Positions 1-12,942 of a DNA stretch of 64,000 nucleotides are shown here, piece after piece. The notes below the pieces were generated by a model that saw only the letters and a program-made list of their open reading frames with translations, had not been told where the DNA came from and did no database searches. The DNA is from Setoptus koraiensis (lineage: Eukaryota > Animalia > Arthropoda): contig CM106585.1 of NCBI GenBank assembly GCA_048013815.1, forward strand, positions 1,364,001 through 1,428,000, written 5' to 3'. The translations under genes were made by a program, and so were the position numbers. Within the stretch, counting starts at the first letter, position 1. Each line of letters starts with the position of its first letter.

Positions 1-994
1 CATGAGTCGGGTTGGGTAAGAAGATAGGTTGTGTTGAAATGTGCTCTTCTGTCGAATGCTCAATCACATAATTGTTATCGGGACCCAATATAGGTGACTG
101 TGGTTCCGTCTGATCTTTAATTTCCTCATTTTCTCCTTGATTATCTAAATCTTCTTCGATTTCTTCAGGGCTTGGGGTGGTGGTAGTGGTGGTGGTGGTT
201 GTTGTGGTTGTAGTTGTTGTGGTAGTTGTTGGTGTGGATGCCTGTACTTTGTTGTTATTGAAGGTGTTGTTGCTCTTTCTACTATTTACTAGGTTCGCAG
301 TTTTCTTGAGGCCAGCCAGGAAGTCGTCAGTAGTATAGTTAGGAGAAGTGGAAGCTGATAGTAACGGAGCTGGCCTCGTAGATGCTCTTAGGTGATACTG
401 TTGTCTGGTCAGCATACTTTGAAGATGTGGCGTTTGAGATGTTTGTTGATGAGGTTTTTGTTGTGTCTGTGGTTGTGATAGTGGTTGCTGCCTAGCGGAC
501 TTTGTTGTCTGACTTTGTTTTAAATTATTGATACTTTTATTGCCCCTCAATTTATGTGGGTCCAATTTGCCTGGAACCGCCGTCCTACTGTCTTGGCACT
601 CATTGCAACAATTATCATAGTTGTAGACTTTGGTGAAACGAGGCTCGCATCTTGTGGTCATGTTGTTAACACCAATGGATGATTTGATTACTAGTGTATT
701 TTCGGTGTACTCACAAAAATTAGATATTGGACTACATTTGACATAATTGTCTATGCAATAGCATTTGACGCATGGCACATCTGAGCCTTGAATGTTGGCC
801 AAATTTTGTATATCTATTTCTTTGGTGGGATCTTGTTTACATTTGACAGATTCGCCCTTTAATTGGGCCGAAACCATAAAAGAGTAAAAATTGCGTTGAG
901 TGAGCTGATTGTGTTGTAAATGTAATATGACTGATAATGTAATTAGTTTCAGTGTTATAATAAAAAGTTTGTTCATTTTGTTGAATGCATTCAT
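1..994 (-). CDS. 5' part of a secreted or membrane protein with an N-terminal VWC-like Cys domain followed by Gln/Thr-rich mucin-like sequence; runs off the window edge
   Basis: Manual translation gives an uninterrupted minus-strand frame from ATG 994 (or 976) to base 1; absent from the ORF track, probably because it has no stop in the window. MNKLFIITLKLITLSVIL is hydrophobic; PCVKCYCIDNYVKC...FC...RC...CCNEC matches the VWC CxxCxC...C...CCxxC pattern; then a Q-rich tract, a poly-Thr tract and an acidic tract. Confidence 0.8.
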   Translation of the reverse strand, partial: MNAFNKMNKLFIITLKLITLSVILHLQHNQLTQRNFYSFMVSAQLKGESVKCKQDPTKEIDIQNLANIQGSDVPCVKCYCIDNYVKCSPISNFCEYTENTLVIKSSIGVNNMTTRCEPRFTKVYNYDNCCNECQDSRTAVPGKLDPHKLRGNKSINNLKQSQTTKSARQQPLSQPQTQQKPHQQTSQTPHLQSMLTRQQYHLRASTRPAPLLSASTSPNYTTDDFLAGLKKTANLVNSRKSNNTFNNNKVQASTPTTTTTTTTTTTTTTTTTTPSPEEIEEDLDNQGENEEIKDQTEPQSPILGPDNNYVIEHSTEEHISTQPIFLPNPTH

Positions 995-1827
995 TCTGAT
1001 TTGATTGCTATGTCTACTTGATTAAGTTAATTAAAAGATTGTATAATTGTGATGGTGGTTGTAATAGTTGTTGGTGGCGGTTATGATGTTGAATAAATTC
1101 AAAAGAATTTAAATTCAAAAATTGATCATTACACAACTACAAATAATGTTGTGCGTGTGTAGGTGTTTTGTGTTGTCACAAATGGTTTCGTTTTTACATG
1201 ATGTCGTCGTCGTTGTCGTCTTGTGTGATGATGATGATAATAACAATGATTAGCTCGGTTGGTTTGTAGTTGGAGAGACGATTTATCTGATTGATCTGTA
1301 TAAACGTACAAGCGTCGGTATCTTGATGAAATGGTTACAGTTCAATCAAGAAATAAATGGAGTGAATCTTACACAAGTCGCAATAAGTGTATACGTTTTG
1401 TTTTGATATGTTGAAAGTGAATGCGATGTCTCTATCTGTATCTAGTTGATCGACACAAACTAAAACTAAAACTGACTGTAACTAAAACTAAAAGTGAGAG
1501 AATATCGACATTCAAGTGCAACAAGTGCTCATTTGTGATTTGACTAGACTTGCGCATGCGCAACTAAATATTATCATTATCAGCTATATGTGTGCCTATG
1601 TGCGCCATAACAGTACATAGCAGCGTTCAGTGGTTGTATATATAAACTTTGTGGTGGTGGTGGTTGTCGTTGTCGTCGTTGTCGTGGTGCCACGATAATC
1701 ACGACTGTCGCCGTTGCCAGGCAAAGTTATAAGTGAACACGCGCAAACTGTGGCTGTTGACCTCTTGTAAATTGCAAAAGTAGTTGAACTGTATGCAATC
1801 AACAACGACAACTTGTGGCTATGTGTC

Positions 1828-1926
1828 CACAACAAGACAACGAGAAATGGACACAACAAGACAACGAGAAACGGACACAACAAGACAAGAAACGGACACA
1901 ACAAGACAAGAAACGGACACAACAAG
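1828..1926. repeat. Minisatellite, 21-24 bp unit (CACAACAAGACAA[CGA]GAAA[C/T]GGA), ~4.5 copies
   Basis: Directly visible tandem units; they produce the LLCPFLV repeat in spurious ORF 1596-1925. Confidence 0.9.
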
Positions 1927-4900
1927 AGACAGAGAGATAGTTTAACAAGATTAACTTGTGCTTGTTTGCTCAGTCGGTCGCGTTGTTGTTAATACCTAAT
2001 TATCATTATTGTTATTTATGTTCATTATGTTTATTGTGTTGATCATGTTTGTCGTCGTTGTGGTATTGTTTGTTGCTGCTTAATGTGTGTGGCTGTTCGT
2101 GTCGTTGGCTTGCTGACAGCAACACGTGGTGCGTCTTAGTGGCGCTGGCGACTTGGTTCGTGTCTCTGTTTGTTTATCTGGCTAATCTTGGCTGCAGCCT
2201 TCGGGCAGCTTTGGGGCAGCTTTGGAGCAGCTTGTTAGCACCGTTGTCGGTGTCGTTGGCTGGCATCGGCAAGCAACACAAGCCACAACAAGGAACAAGT
2301 TTTCCTTTGTTGTGTTGGCAAATAATGTTTATAATAATAGTAATGAGGATACTGTTACAACTTGCAAGTTACAACAACATCCTCAGTAAATGAAACTGGA
2401 CCAACTATTAGATACTGCTGCATTGTCATACCAGTACTACTATGCAAACAAACAAAAAACAAAGTTGCCGCTCTTCATGTTGGCTGCTCCATTCATTATT
2501 ATCGTACACACTGACCACTCAAATGACCATTGTGTGTGTCATCGCTATAGTGTGTGTATAATGCAAAATGTCAAATTTATTTATTTTATAAATAAATGAA
2601 TGAGGAGGCCAAAAAATGGTTAAGAGAGGTAAACAACAATCATCAAGTGGTCAAGAGGGTAGTGATTAGTATAAGTGAGGCTTGTGCGTGCTTCTCTTTC
2701 ATGTTGATGCGCCCATCATCAACATAAAAGAACGGACACAATCACACAACAGATGATAGATAGTGATGGCAAACTTGAGAACTGGCAAACTAAACTCAAC
2801 TAAACTCAACTCAACCTTTAAAACCATGATACCACTAACTAGAGTTAGAGACACATCTGACAGATAAATAAATGACAGGATGAAATGAAATAAGTAATTG
2901 TAGTTAGTTGATAGCGGACAGAGAGCGTGAACATTCCACGATTAAGCGAATTATTTCTAAACCGACACAATCAATCCGCTTCTTTCTGATTTTTTCTAAC
3001 CCACCGCCACCCATATCCACGCACACACATATCCGAGCATATATAAACATATCACCGTGTTTATATAGGGACGGTGTGCTCGACATAGTTGTTTGTTGGT
3101 GCACAGTGTAATGGAGTATAATGGCAAATGTGCGGCTAAAAGCAGCAAATGTGGCAGTAAAAGAAGGGAATCGAGAATTCATAGGACACATTCTTAAGCT
3201 GATGTCTACCTTGATTAGCATCTCGTCAAATCTCGTCGCTCAAAACTAATGTTGTTGCTGATTAGCATCACACACACACTGAGATCAATGGAACCCTAGA
3301 AACAGATTGATTCTAGTTTGTTCTCATTGAATGTCCCTCTTGTTGCCGTTTAAGCTCTTACCGGTTCGTATAAATCAATTGATCGAATTGAATCAAATCA
3401 ACTGATACATTCTACGACATGTGTGCTTGTGTGGGGCGCTTTTGGCCTGTCCCTTCCTTTGGGCCATTCCGGCCTGTTTACGCCGGCCTCGCCTGTGCCC
3501 AGTTACCTGTGGCCCGTTTGATTGTGGCCACCATCTCATTCTGTCAGTCTAAACGCATGTCTCTCTCTGTTGTTCGTAATTCGTTAAATGAAATCAATAA
3601 TTAATTGATTCTACTTTCTCATCATATTAGCTTATTATCATATCATCGCATCATAATCATCATCGTCTGCACACTGAAAGCCATTGATTTTCATCAGCAA
3701 CATAATGGCGATATCAACTATTAGCCCATTAGCACTAGTGGTCAACAGAAAGGAAAAAGAGAGAGAGAAAAATTCTATCCACGTCGGGCAAATCAGCATA
3801 CTATCGAATTAGCTCATTATATCAGAACAGAGCATATTACCTTAGTACAAGCATGGTGGTTGTTGTTTGTTTGTTGTGTGCACAGTTTAGCAACCAATAG
3901 GGCTAAACCTAAAAGAATTAGAAATAAAATAGACAAAAACAACAGCAAATAATCACCACACAATCACAGCTTTCACGCTTGTTTCCAGCATGAGAGAGCC
4001 ACAGCAACCACTGCTGCTGCTGCTTTGAAGAGACTCCGAAGAGACTCCGAAGAGGGGCCATAAAAATAGTTTCTCCTAAAGCGATACAACAAAGCATTTC
4101 GTCTTTGCCATCTAAATCAATCACTCCAATCAATTTCAATCAAAAAGTTGAGCTCATCATTACAAACTACTGTGGCCAGTCACTTTGCAAGTGAGCAGTA
4201 TGTGTGGCACATTGACCAAATTGTGGCCACCAATCAACAAAAGGCCGCTCATAGATGCTGCTAGAAGCCACAATATCACCACTGTGATAAACAAAAGCGA
4301 TACACAAAAGCAACGAATCACAACATTGCTATTTATTTAATTATTATATCAGTTGTCCGATAGCGCTACCTTTGCTCTACCATTTGTTGGTATCAACAAT
4401 TTGATACTACCTGGCGGTTGAATGAAAAGCGCTCTGCTTTCAATGTATCGGCCATTATCGAGCCGAGCCAATGGGCTGGCGTGCTGTTTGTTGGCACAAA
4501 ACAATTGTTGCATACAGACATTTGAAACATTGGTCGAACAACATGATCTCATTTGGCATGCAAAATCAGTGAAGAAATTGAAAAAACTCGAGCCATGCTT
4601 TGATGAAAAATCAATTAGATGCAAGACGATAGAGCGAAAGTGGGTGATCTTATTGGCTCGTGGCTAAGGTAAACAAACACAAACAAATAAAGATATACTT
4701 AGTTTTGGCTCTGTTTGCGGTCGTTGGCGGTGAGCGGTGCAAATCATGACATGATGATATTGTTGCTTGTGTGTGATGACAGGTGAACTGAGCTCAAGGT
4801 CAAGCTCATTAGCATCAATATTCATGTGCGAATGCCAGCCGGCCAGCCATAATAATAACCTGGTAGTAGTAGTAATAATAGTAATAATAATGATGTCTGA

Positions 4901-6938
4901 GGTAAAACGACCAACACATTATCGAGCAAACAAATGTTGCCTGTGTGAAGGCTGCTGCTGCAGCAACAAGGTAAACTTATCCTGTTCCATTTCATTCTAT
5001 TCTATTCTAATCTATTCTATCAGTTCCGCACTTCAACACCGAGGGAGGTCCTTGTTTCGGTCATCCATATTATCATTTTCAGATCACTTTCCTTTGGTCT
5101 ATTCATCTAAAGCAAGTAGCTCTATGCAACTGTTATCCGCCGAAACCATCTTACTCTGTCCGATAATCTCACCTGAATAAGCTTGCAGGCACAGGTAAAC
5201 AAGTAGGTGAACTTCGGGACTTAATTATTAGTTGGCCTAATGGTCAAGTATGTAAATAAGTGGCTCTCTCTCTCTCTAGTTTTAGTTCGAACAAAAATAT
5301 CTTCATTATTATGATATGTGTGGAGCTGATTATAATAATGATGTTGCACCGATGGAGAAGCTCGTCAAGAGCTGTTTACATAAAAGATGATTTGCACAAA
5401 AGTATCCATATATACTCATGGTGAAAAAGTTGATCGACATGAGGTTCGGTTGACAGTAAACAGCGCCCGTTAACGGTCGTTGCTGTAAAAGACAAAACAA
5501 CAAAAAATAGCAATCACCATCCGATTGCATAAATACATCAGGCTGCACAACAATAAAAATAGATCCAAAATCTTCCTTATGCCATCTTGTGCCATTTGTC
5601 GGATTGGCTATAGGATTGAGTGGCCATTGATGTTGCTGTCAGGGACACATTATCGCATGTATTTTGAGGAGCAATTAGCATTATAAACATGTAATCATTC
5701 TATCATATACCACGGACTCACTTGGTCTATAACAGTCAAATATATCATCAAATGTAATGGCCATTGAGCAAAAATAAGCTATATCTTCATTGCATAAAAT
5801 GAACATTATTTGATGTTGGAGCTTTCAAATAATTGATATGATTGGACCACCATGACTCAATAATTACTCAATGAATGCGCGTTTAAACAAACAGCACTAA
5901 CTGGAGATGGTGCATTCAAGATGATGGCCAAAAACAAGACAGAGTAATCATTGAGAGATCAATATGAGCAAACAGATAATTATGACATCAAATACACGCA
6001 CGAAAACACTGAACGAAAGTGATATTAGAAGCCTTCTTATGGCGCGACACACGCCAAAAGAATCTTATTTCAAACTTCAATTTCGACTCAACAAGTCAAT
6101 TGGAGAGAGAAATCAAAAGTCATTTGATGCACGCTTGTTAGTTGGCATAGTGCTGGTTACAGTTAAGTAAACAGTGCCTATATAACAAACAAACAAAGAT
6201 CCCGAGTTGCTTGTGAAGTGAAAAGAATTGGCTTCTTTTCTTCGTTCCTATAACCACTACTACTACTACTACTACTAAAACTACTATAATGGTGGTACTA
6301 ATGTATGCAAACAAGAATATTCAGTATATAATGAAGGACGCTAAACCGAGAATGCATTGAATCGATTATTGTTGTTATCGCTGGCAGTGGCCACCTCCAT
6401 GACGGTCATGATGATGACTCACTCCTCCTCATCGCCCATCTAGTTGGTACTCTCAACGAGTGCAATTTGAATTTCTATCATCGGCTCTCGTGCTCACTGA
6501 TCGAGCGACCACCCCCCATCTTGTTAGATATAAACAACACTAAACAAACAATACAAACAAACTGTGATGTTGTTGATGGCTAATCACGACTTTTGTGGTT
6601 TGTAACAGTTGGTTGTTTGGCGATGAGGGCGATTTAGCGCCAGCGCTGAGTGCTGAGTACTGAGGGCCAAGGGCTGAGGGATAAGGATCGCGGATGGTGG
6701 AAAGTCAACACGAAAGATGCACAGTCGAGACCTCCTGCGAGAACCAGTCACACAAGACACAACACGGCAGAGAAAGGAGGAGAAATTCGAGAAAGAATGA
6801 AATCCGCTCCTCGTGTTCTATTGCCAGTAGTAGGCATTATGGAACTAGATTAAGATATAATTATAGGTGATCGCCAGACTCGGTTGCTGCTATATATCAT
6901 CTTTCATTATTCATGCTGCTGACCACCTAGCAGCATAC

Positions 6939-7013
6939 TGACCGGCAACCCGGCCTCGCAGTGACCGGCAACCCAGCGTCGCAGTGACCGGCAACCCAGC
7001 GTCGCAGCAACCC
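6939..7013. repeat. 23-bp tandem repeat (TGACCGGCAACCCAGCGTCGCAG), ~3.2 copies
   Basis: Adjacent units with no spacers. Confidence 0.9.
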
Positions 7014-7688
7014 AAAGAGAGAACTAGCATGGAGGGCCTGTCGGCAAAGGAATCCGATAGGCGGAACTGAGCAAACAAAATTCAAATTCTCATTCTCATC
7101 CTCATCATCACCTGAACAAGAAGCACAAAACTCTCATAACAATAATTAACAATCTTCTTTGTTCTGTGCGTTCTTTTTGAGAACACCGTCCACTGGTCAA
7201 CGTTTTAGCCAGCACAACACCAATTGGTGCCGGTGGTCACTTTTTTCAATGGAACTTGTTCGTTTTTTTTTCTCGTTGTTTTCACTAAACGCCAGCACAC
7301 CAGCTAGCGGATAAAAAGCGAGAGACAAAGGACAGCAATCATCATTTACCTGTTGATTTGTTGTGCCTGTGGCCCGAAATAAAGGAACACACACAAGCGG
7401 TAATATTTGTTTATTCTTTGGTTTGTTCCTGTGGCCAGTAATGACGATACATATCATGATGGTGGAATAGTTTTGCTCGTTGTCCACAACAGTCCTTTGT
7501 GATGCTAATCACGTCAGATCGCTGCTGTCTCAGGCCGTTCGTCTGTTTGTGGCCAATTCCACGCTACCGCTTGCTTACATTTGCTTGTATTTGCGCGCTC
7601 ATTTGACTCGAGGCTCCACGAACGGGATAAATGCGCGATGGGCATTGGCCGATTAAAATTAAATTGGACTGACCACAAGCGACTGTAC

Positions 7689-7729
7689 CTGTATCGCTGT
7701 ATCGCTGTATCGCTGTATCGCTGTATCGC
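7689..7729. repeat. 8-bp tandem repeat (CTGTATCG)x5
   Basis: Directly visible. Confidence 0.9.
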
Positions 7730-10700
7730 GATATGGCGCACACACAAAAGCCCTGTATATGCCGTATTGGGCGCACAAATGGCGTATTGGCCGTTGCTTA
7801 TCGCGCGCAAATCAGTGTCAATGCAAAGGCAGCGCGCAAATTGATTGGTCATCAATAAAATAAAGGGGTGATCGCGTCGATGTGATGAGACCTGTTCGGC
7901 CTTCATGAGACGCGTATGAACAAACGTGTACAAACAACGACAACAACAACGACAGCAACAACGACAAGCATTTGACAGGTAAACTAGACATTTAGCGTGC
8001 CTCTCGCTCCGCTTCAATACGCTCGAGCGACGAGGAACGTTCTAGCAACGAGGAACGTTCTGGCGGAGTATTGAAACTAGATTCGTGCCTTCTACCTGTT
8101 GAAACTGGGGCCTGGCACGCACATTGGCCATCATAATATTGGCAACACTTTATTTCGACAGGTATTGTGGTGCGTGCGTGTGCGTGTGTGTGTGTGCGCG
8201 GCACAGTAGACCACCAACAAACACGAGTGGTCGTCATAAGTGAGCCATGAGAAAAATAATGAGTCGCCAATGTTTGGCGAGCGGCCGAAAATGCCAAACG
8301 GCAACACTGGACACTAGTTAGGCCAGCTAACTTTAGGTACGGCACACGGACAAACAGGCACAGATACAAGTTGAGAGCAGCTAGATAATGACCAATTGAT
8401 CGCTATCTGCGTTTGCAACACACGACACTATTAGCTGTAAATGTTGGCCCTTCATCTTTTGATAGTTGCCACTATAATGGTTGCCACTCTCTCGCCGACT
8501 CTCGCTGACCCTCCACCGGTAACATCGGCGCATCGTCCGATTCGAAACACGCGGATGCTGCAATAAGCGATCGAGCGCTCAATTCATGATTATATTTTAT
8601 AAATAGCGACCGGTCAGTTGTGGTCAGTCAGCTGACTAATGAAGGGAAGCTGCGATTAGGCGAGAGTCTCTCGAGATGATGATTCTATTAGTTGTGCCGT
8701 TGGTTGCGCTGTTAGTGGCGCTGTTAGTTGGCCGACATCAGCGACAAACAAGCAAGGTGAGAGCGTGCTCTATGCCAGCTCACATTTTGCATTGGCCCGC
8801 TATCTGTTGGCGTCATCTTGTTGGCCACTGGAGCCCATTCCATTAGCATTTGTCTGCTCAGTGCAGCTCAATGAAGCCATAGCGACCATCATCATCATTA
8901 TTACATAAGCCCAGGATTGCAGCTTGAGGCTTGAGGCGCTTTCTTGTCAATTTTGCAACACTACACAATACAAAATCATCAGCAGTGCGCCAAAACTAAT
9001 TCGCTTGTGTTGTAATAAAGCTGCAGTAGAGTCAAAACGCTGAAAATTGCCCAATTTCACTTGTTGTTGGCCATTATTAGTGCGCGTTTATCAAGTGCCA
9101 GCTTGAGCCTGATGAGCTCAAAAGTGGTGATCGGCCGCAACTAATTGCAGCCACTTGTTTACACTGTTTTAACTGTTGTCTAAATGCGCCAACAATCGTA
9201 AGACGCACTCCGTGTTGGTGGTCGGCATGCTCGCTTCTCATGATTCATGAGTCATGAGTACAACATGGCCGTTGTATTGAAATTAAGATTAAAATTAAAA
9301 TTAAAACTAAAATTTAAATTGAATAACTAAATTACAACTACACTCAACTGTATAATTGTACAATTTATACAGTTCGAGGAATGCCCGTGTCTGAATATGT
9401 CCAACAGTCATCAAAGTGATGCCAGCGATAACGACAGAATTCGCAGCATCTCTAATGGGACATAATGGAATTCTGCCACTCGAAGGGGCCACAAATGAAC
9501 TAAATAGCAAGAGATGCCTGCGACAGATATCAGAGTATCAAACAACAATATTCTCATATTTGCTCTTGAGTGTTCAGATTGTGATATGATCGCCTTGTTG
9601 TCCTATAACACATCTCATATTTATGCTTTTGGTTGTCATCTCATCAAAGGAAGCGCCATTATCTGTCTGTTACAGACACACACACACACGGGGCATATTT
9701 GATATTGCCAGGCGTATATCGTTGGTCGGTTGTGTTGTGTCGCCGAATCAAGTGCAGCATTCGAAATTCGAATGTCGATTCGAAGCTGGAAGCCACCAAA
9801 ACTCAAATGAAGTATTCAATTACATATCTATACGATCATCTGTTTGATTTAGTGACGGATTATCAATCATTCATGTGTTAAAGGTAAAGTAATTTGAATA
9901 CACACAGACGCACATTAACAACAAATATAGATGGAATAGTTGGCTTGTCAATTGGCGGATCTTTGTGTCTGTGTGTTTATAGTTTGTCTATGTGAGCACC
10001 GGCGATCGCCGAGTGCCGATGCTGAGGGCACTCAGGTAGACGTGAAGTATTAGTGCGGTTAGTGGCGGCCAGTGCGGTTGTGTGCGACAGTGTCATTAGA
10101 GATACCTGACATTTGCTGGCCGCTTATTGCTGGCAACAGCGACGTGCCAGCAAAATTCACTCAAATGGTCAACATCAATATGATAATGACTAACGAGCGC
10201 GACCACGATATCGTTTGGTTGTTGAGCGCGCAGCAAAGGTACAACACAACATTGACAACATTGTGAGCCAGCTCGATAAGCACCTCGTCTCGTGGAGAAT
10301 TGACTCTCGACTCGAGAGTGTCGAGCCCATTTTACTCTGGAGCTCGCTATGGCGCATCCACTACGGCAAGAGAGAGCGTGCTCCAACAAGGCGAGACAGA
10401 GACAAACACGAACAGAGAAACGGAGAAACGAGGAAACGGAGAAATAGAGAAGAGCCAAGAGAAGAAAGAATGAAATTGGAATCTACTTACTTATCTCGAA
10501 GGCATGATTCTTTTATTGCCGTGCCATGACAATCGGCATGGACGTGCGCGTTGTTGTGCGATTGCCTCCAATGATTAAATCAAACCCAAAGTCTGTCCGG
10601 CAAGCAAACCGATACAAACCACAACTCAAACTCAAATCTGCTGTGTGTGTGTGTGTGCTGCCCGAGAACGAGCAATGATATATAAATGAGAGCCAAAATA

Positions 10701-12942
10701 AGAGATTGCATGGACCCGAAACGAATTGGCTTTTGCATTGCGAGCAACGATTATCATTCTTTTGCAAGCCAATCAATATTGCCAGTGCCCTGGTTGCTTA
10801 GAACCAGTAACCACTTTGCTGACAAGTGTTGCACGACATGCCAACTATAATTGTATCGCGCGAGTTGCAGTGGCCCGCCAAATAGCAGTCCATTGTAGGC
10901 TGCATTGTGCACTGTGGCCCAAGAATAACACTGTGAATCGTTGGCGCAGATTCAAATTCGAATCGCGAATCGCGAATGGCGAATGGCGATTGAAAATTTG
11001 AAAAATCGAAAATATGGAAAAAACCGAAAAAATCGAGTGTCAGGTGAGAGGTGAAAATGGATGCGCGTCGGATGTGAATGTGTTGCGGAGATATAACGTG
11101 ACCGGAGCGTTGCAATTGTGCACTGTCCGAATTCTCTCAATTGATCCGTGTTAGCTAATCTGAGCTGTGTATAATCTCTGCGCAACACTCCATTATAAAT
11201 AGATATCAGAGTGAGCAGAGTATTATCGTGAGGAGTGTTTATTCGGTTTGTTATGTAAACAGAGGAGAAAGTTGGAGCTGCACTTGTCATTGCAACATGT
11301 TGCCAACAGTTGTTTATAATGCAGTGTGAGTGTAGTATCATTTGGATCTGGCATATACACAGATTCACAGATACGGGGCTCGTGGGATGGACATTGGGCA
11401 GCGAGAAATGGAAAAATGGAAAAATAAAACTGCAATGAGATTAGGCGAGAGCGAAGAGGCAATCATGCATGCGATCGAGCTGCCCCATACAAAGGAAGTT
11501 GCAAGGGAACAAGCCGAAGCAACCTGTAAAGAGACTCGCGTTCGCGCGTTGCTCACTTTCGGCACACAGAACAGGTAGCGAACGAAGCGAACGAAGCTTC
11601 TTTGGCGCTTCCAGAAAAAAGAAAGAAAACGCAGCGATGCAACGAGAGATGCGATCGAGGAATAGAACGGAACGGGACCGAATCAGATGGAATTGTGGCG
11701 AGTCATAGGCGATCGGTGAAAGGATCGCGCGCGATATAATTGCACGCATATCCACTTGCATTGTGTGCGTATGGCCAATAATGGATAATCTATTGTTGGA
11801 TCTATGGATATTGTTGTTGTATTGGAATTGGGTGAGTCCGTCCGTCCAATTGTTGCCATCATAACACGACCAGAGCCGACATGATCGACAGCCAATGTAC
11901 AGCAGCGGTCACAATATGGTCTCGGTCAATGTTGTCAGTGTTGTGACCGTTTGTGCAACGTTTCTCTCCACAACAACAGTGCGTTGTTGCGAAAAGTTGT
12001 AAAAGTGCTGCCACTTGTTGCTAATGATGCAATGAATGAAACACACTCACACTAGCAAAATAATAATGCCAGGCCAATGATGGACAGCGGTCATTTGGAA
12101 AGGAACGCAGCCACTTGCTTGGGTGTTATTCAATTCAAATGTGTCTTGTATTGCAGTGAACAGGTTTATTTACTTTTGAGAGTGCCGCTAACTGTGGGCC
12201 GATTCTCGCCGCCGATTCTCGTGAACTTCTTTTCGGACACACACAGCCAATTATTATTGTTGTTGTTGTATCTATTCATAAGGAACACATTCGAGAAGAG
12301 CACTTGTTGCTGCCACTCAGCTGCTGCTGCAACTTGCAGTTGACTGATCCAAGAAGCCGAAACAGACGAAGCTTCTGTCTATATCTTAATATCTATTCTG
12401 TATGACCAGCAATAGATAGATTATCGCTGCCGCAATTGAACGAATGCAACACTCGATATATGCAACAGTGCAGCTTGTGCACAATCAATGGGAACCAACG
12501 TAGAGGGCGCTTCGGGTCCGACAATAATTGGCCAATATCTCACTCTATGCCTTAGAGTCTGCGGATTATCGCAACAGTCGCTCCACTTTGTCTGATATGT
12601 AGAGCAATACGTTGAGTAACGTGTGGAGTAGTGTGAGAAAAGCATGCTGGCACATGCAATATATCAATAAACGATTGACATGAATCTTTTGTTTATACTC
12701 TTACTCGATGATCAATAATAATCTTTAATTTTAACAGATATTTGTGTGTGTGTGTGTGTGTGTATGTTGAGCGGCCTCTCTCGGCCCGACGCATCGGACA
12801 ATTTTAAACAACAATAACAGACCAGCGAAAACAAACACAGCAAACGATAGTTAGCATAATAAGTAATAATGATGCAATAATTTAAGTTAAGTTGAAGTTT
12901 AACAAATATGATACACGTATTGACTCACGCCTCACTGATGGT

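Noticed and set aside
1513-1562. TGACTAGA (miR-279 family seed) in a weak fold-back
   Set aside because: The stem has large asymmetric loops and the rest of the sequence does not match miR-279.
3279-3335. TGAGATCA (bantam seed) in a ~16-bp interrupted hairpin
   Set aside because: It lies on the 5' arm, the remainder is unlike bantam and the stem is interrupted; insufficient without small-RNA data.
6939-7013. 23-bp repeats as a possible CRISPR array
   Set aside because: Units are adjacent with no spacers, the context is eukaryotic and there are no cas genes.
10072-10529. Protein-like frames on both strands with plausible splice sites
   Set aside because: Every frame is interrupted by stops or lacks recognisable homology; more likely a UTR exon or chance.
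1596-12645. Dozens of 60-170-aa ORFs in the 1.1-12.7 kb region
   Set aside because: They derive from microsatellites or low-complexity DNA, overlap on both strands, often start at non-ATG codons and show no recognisable motifs.
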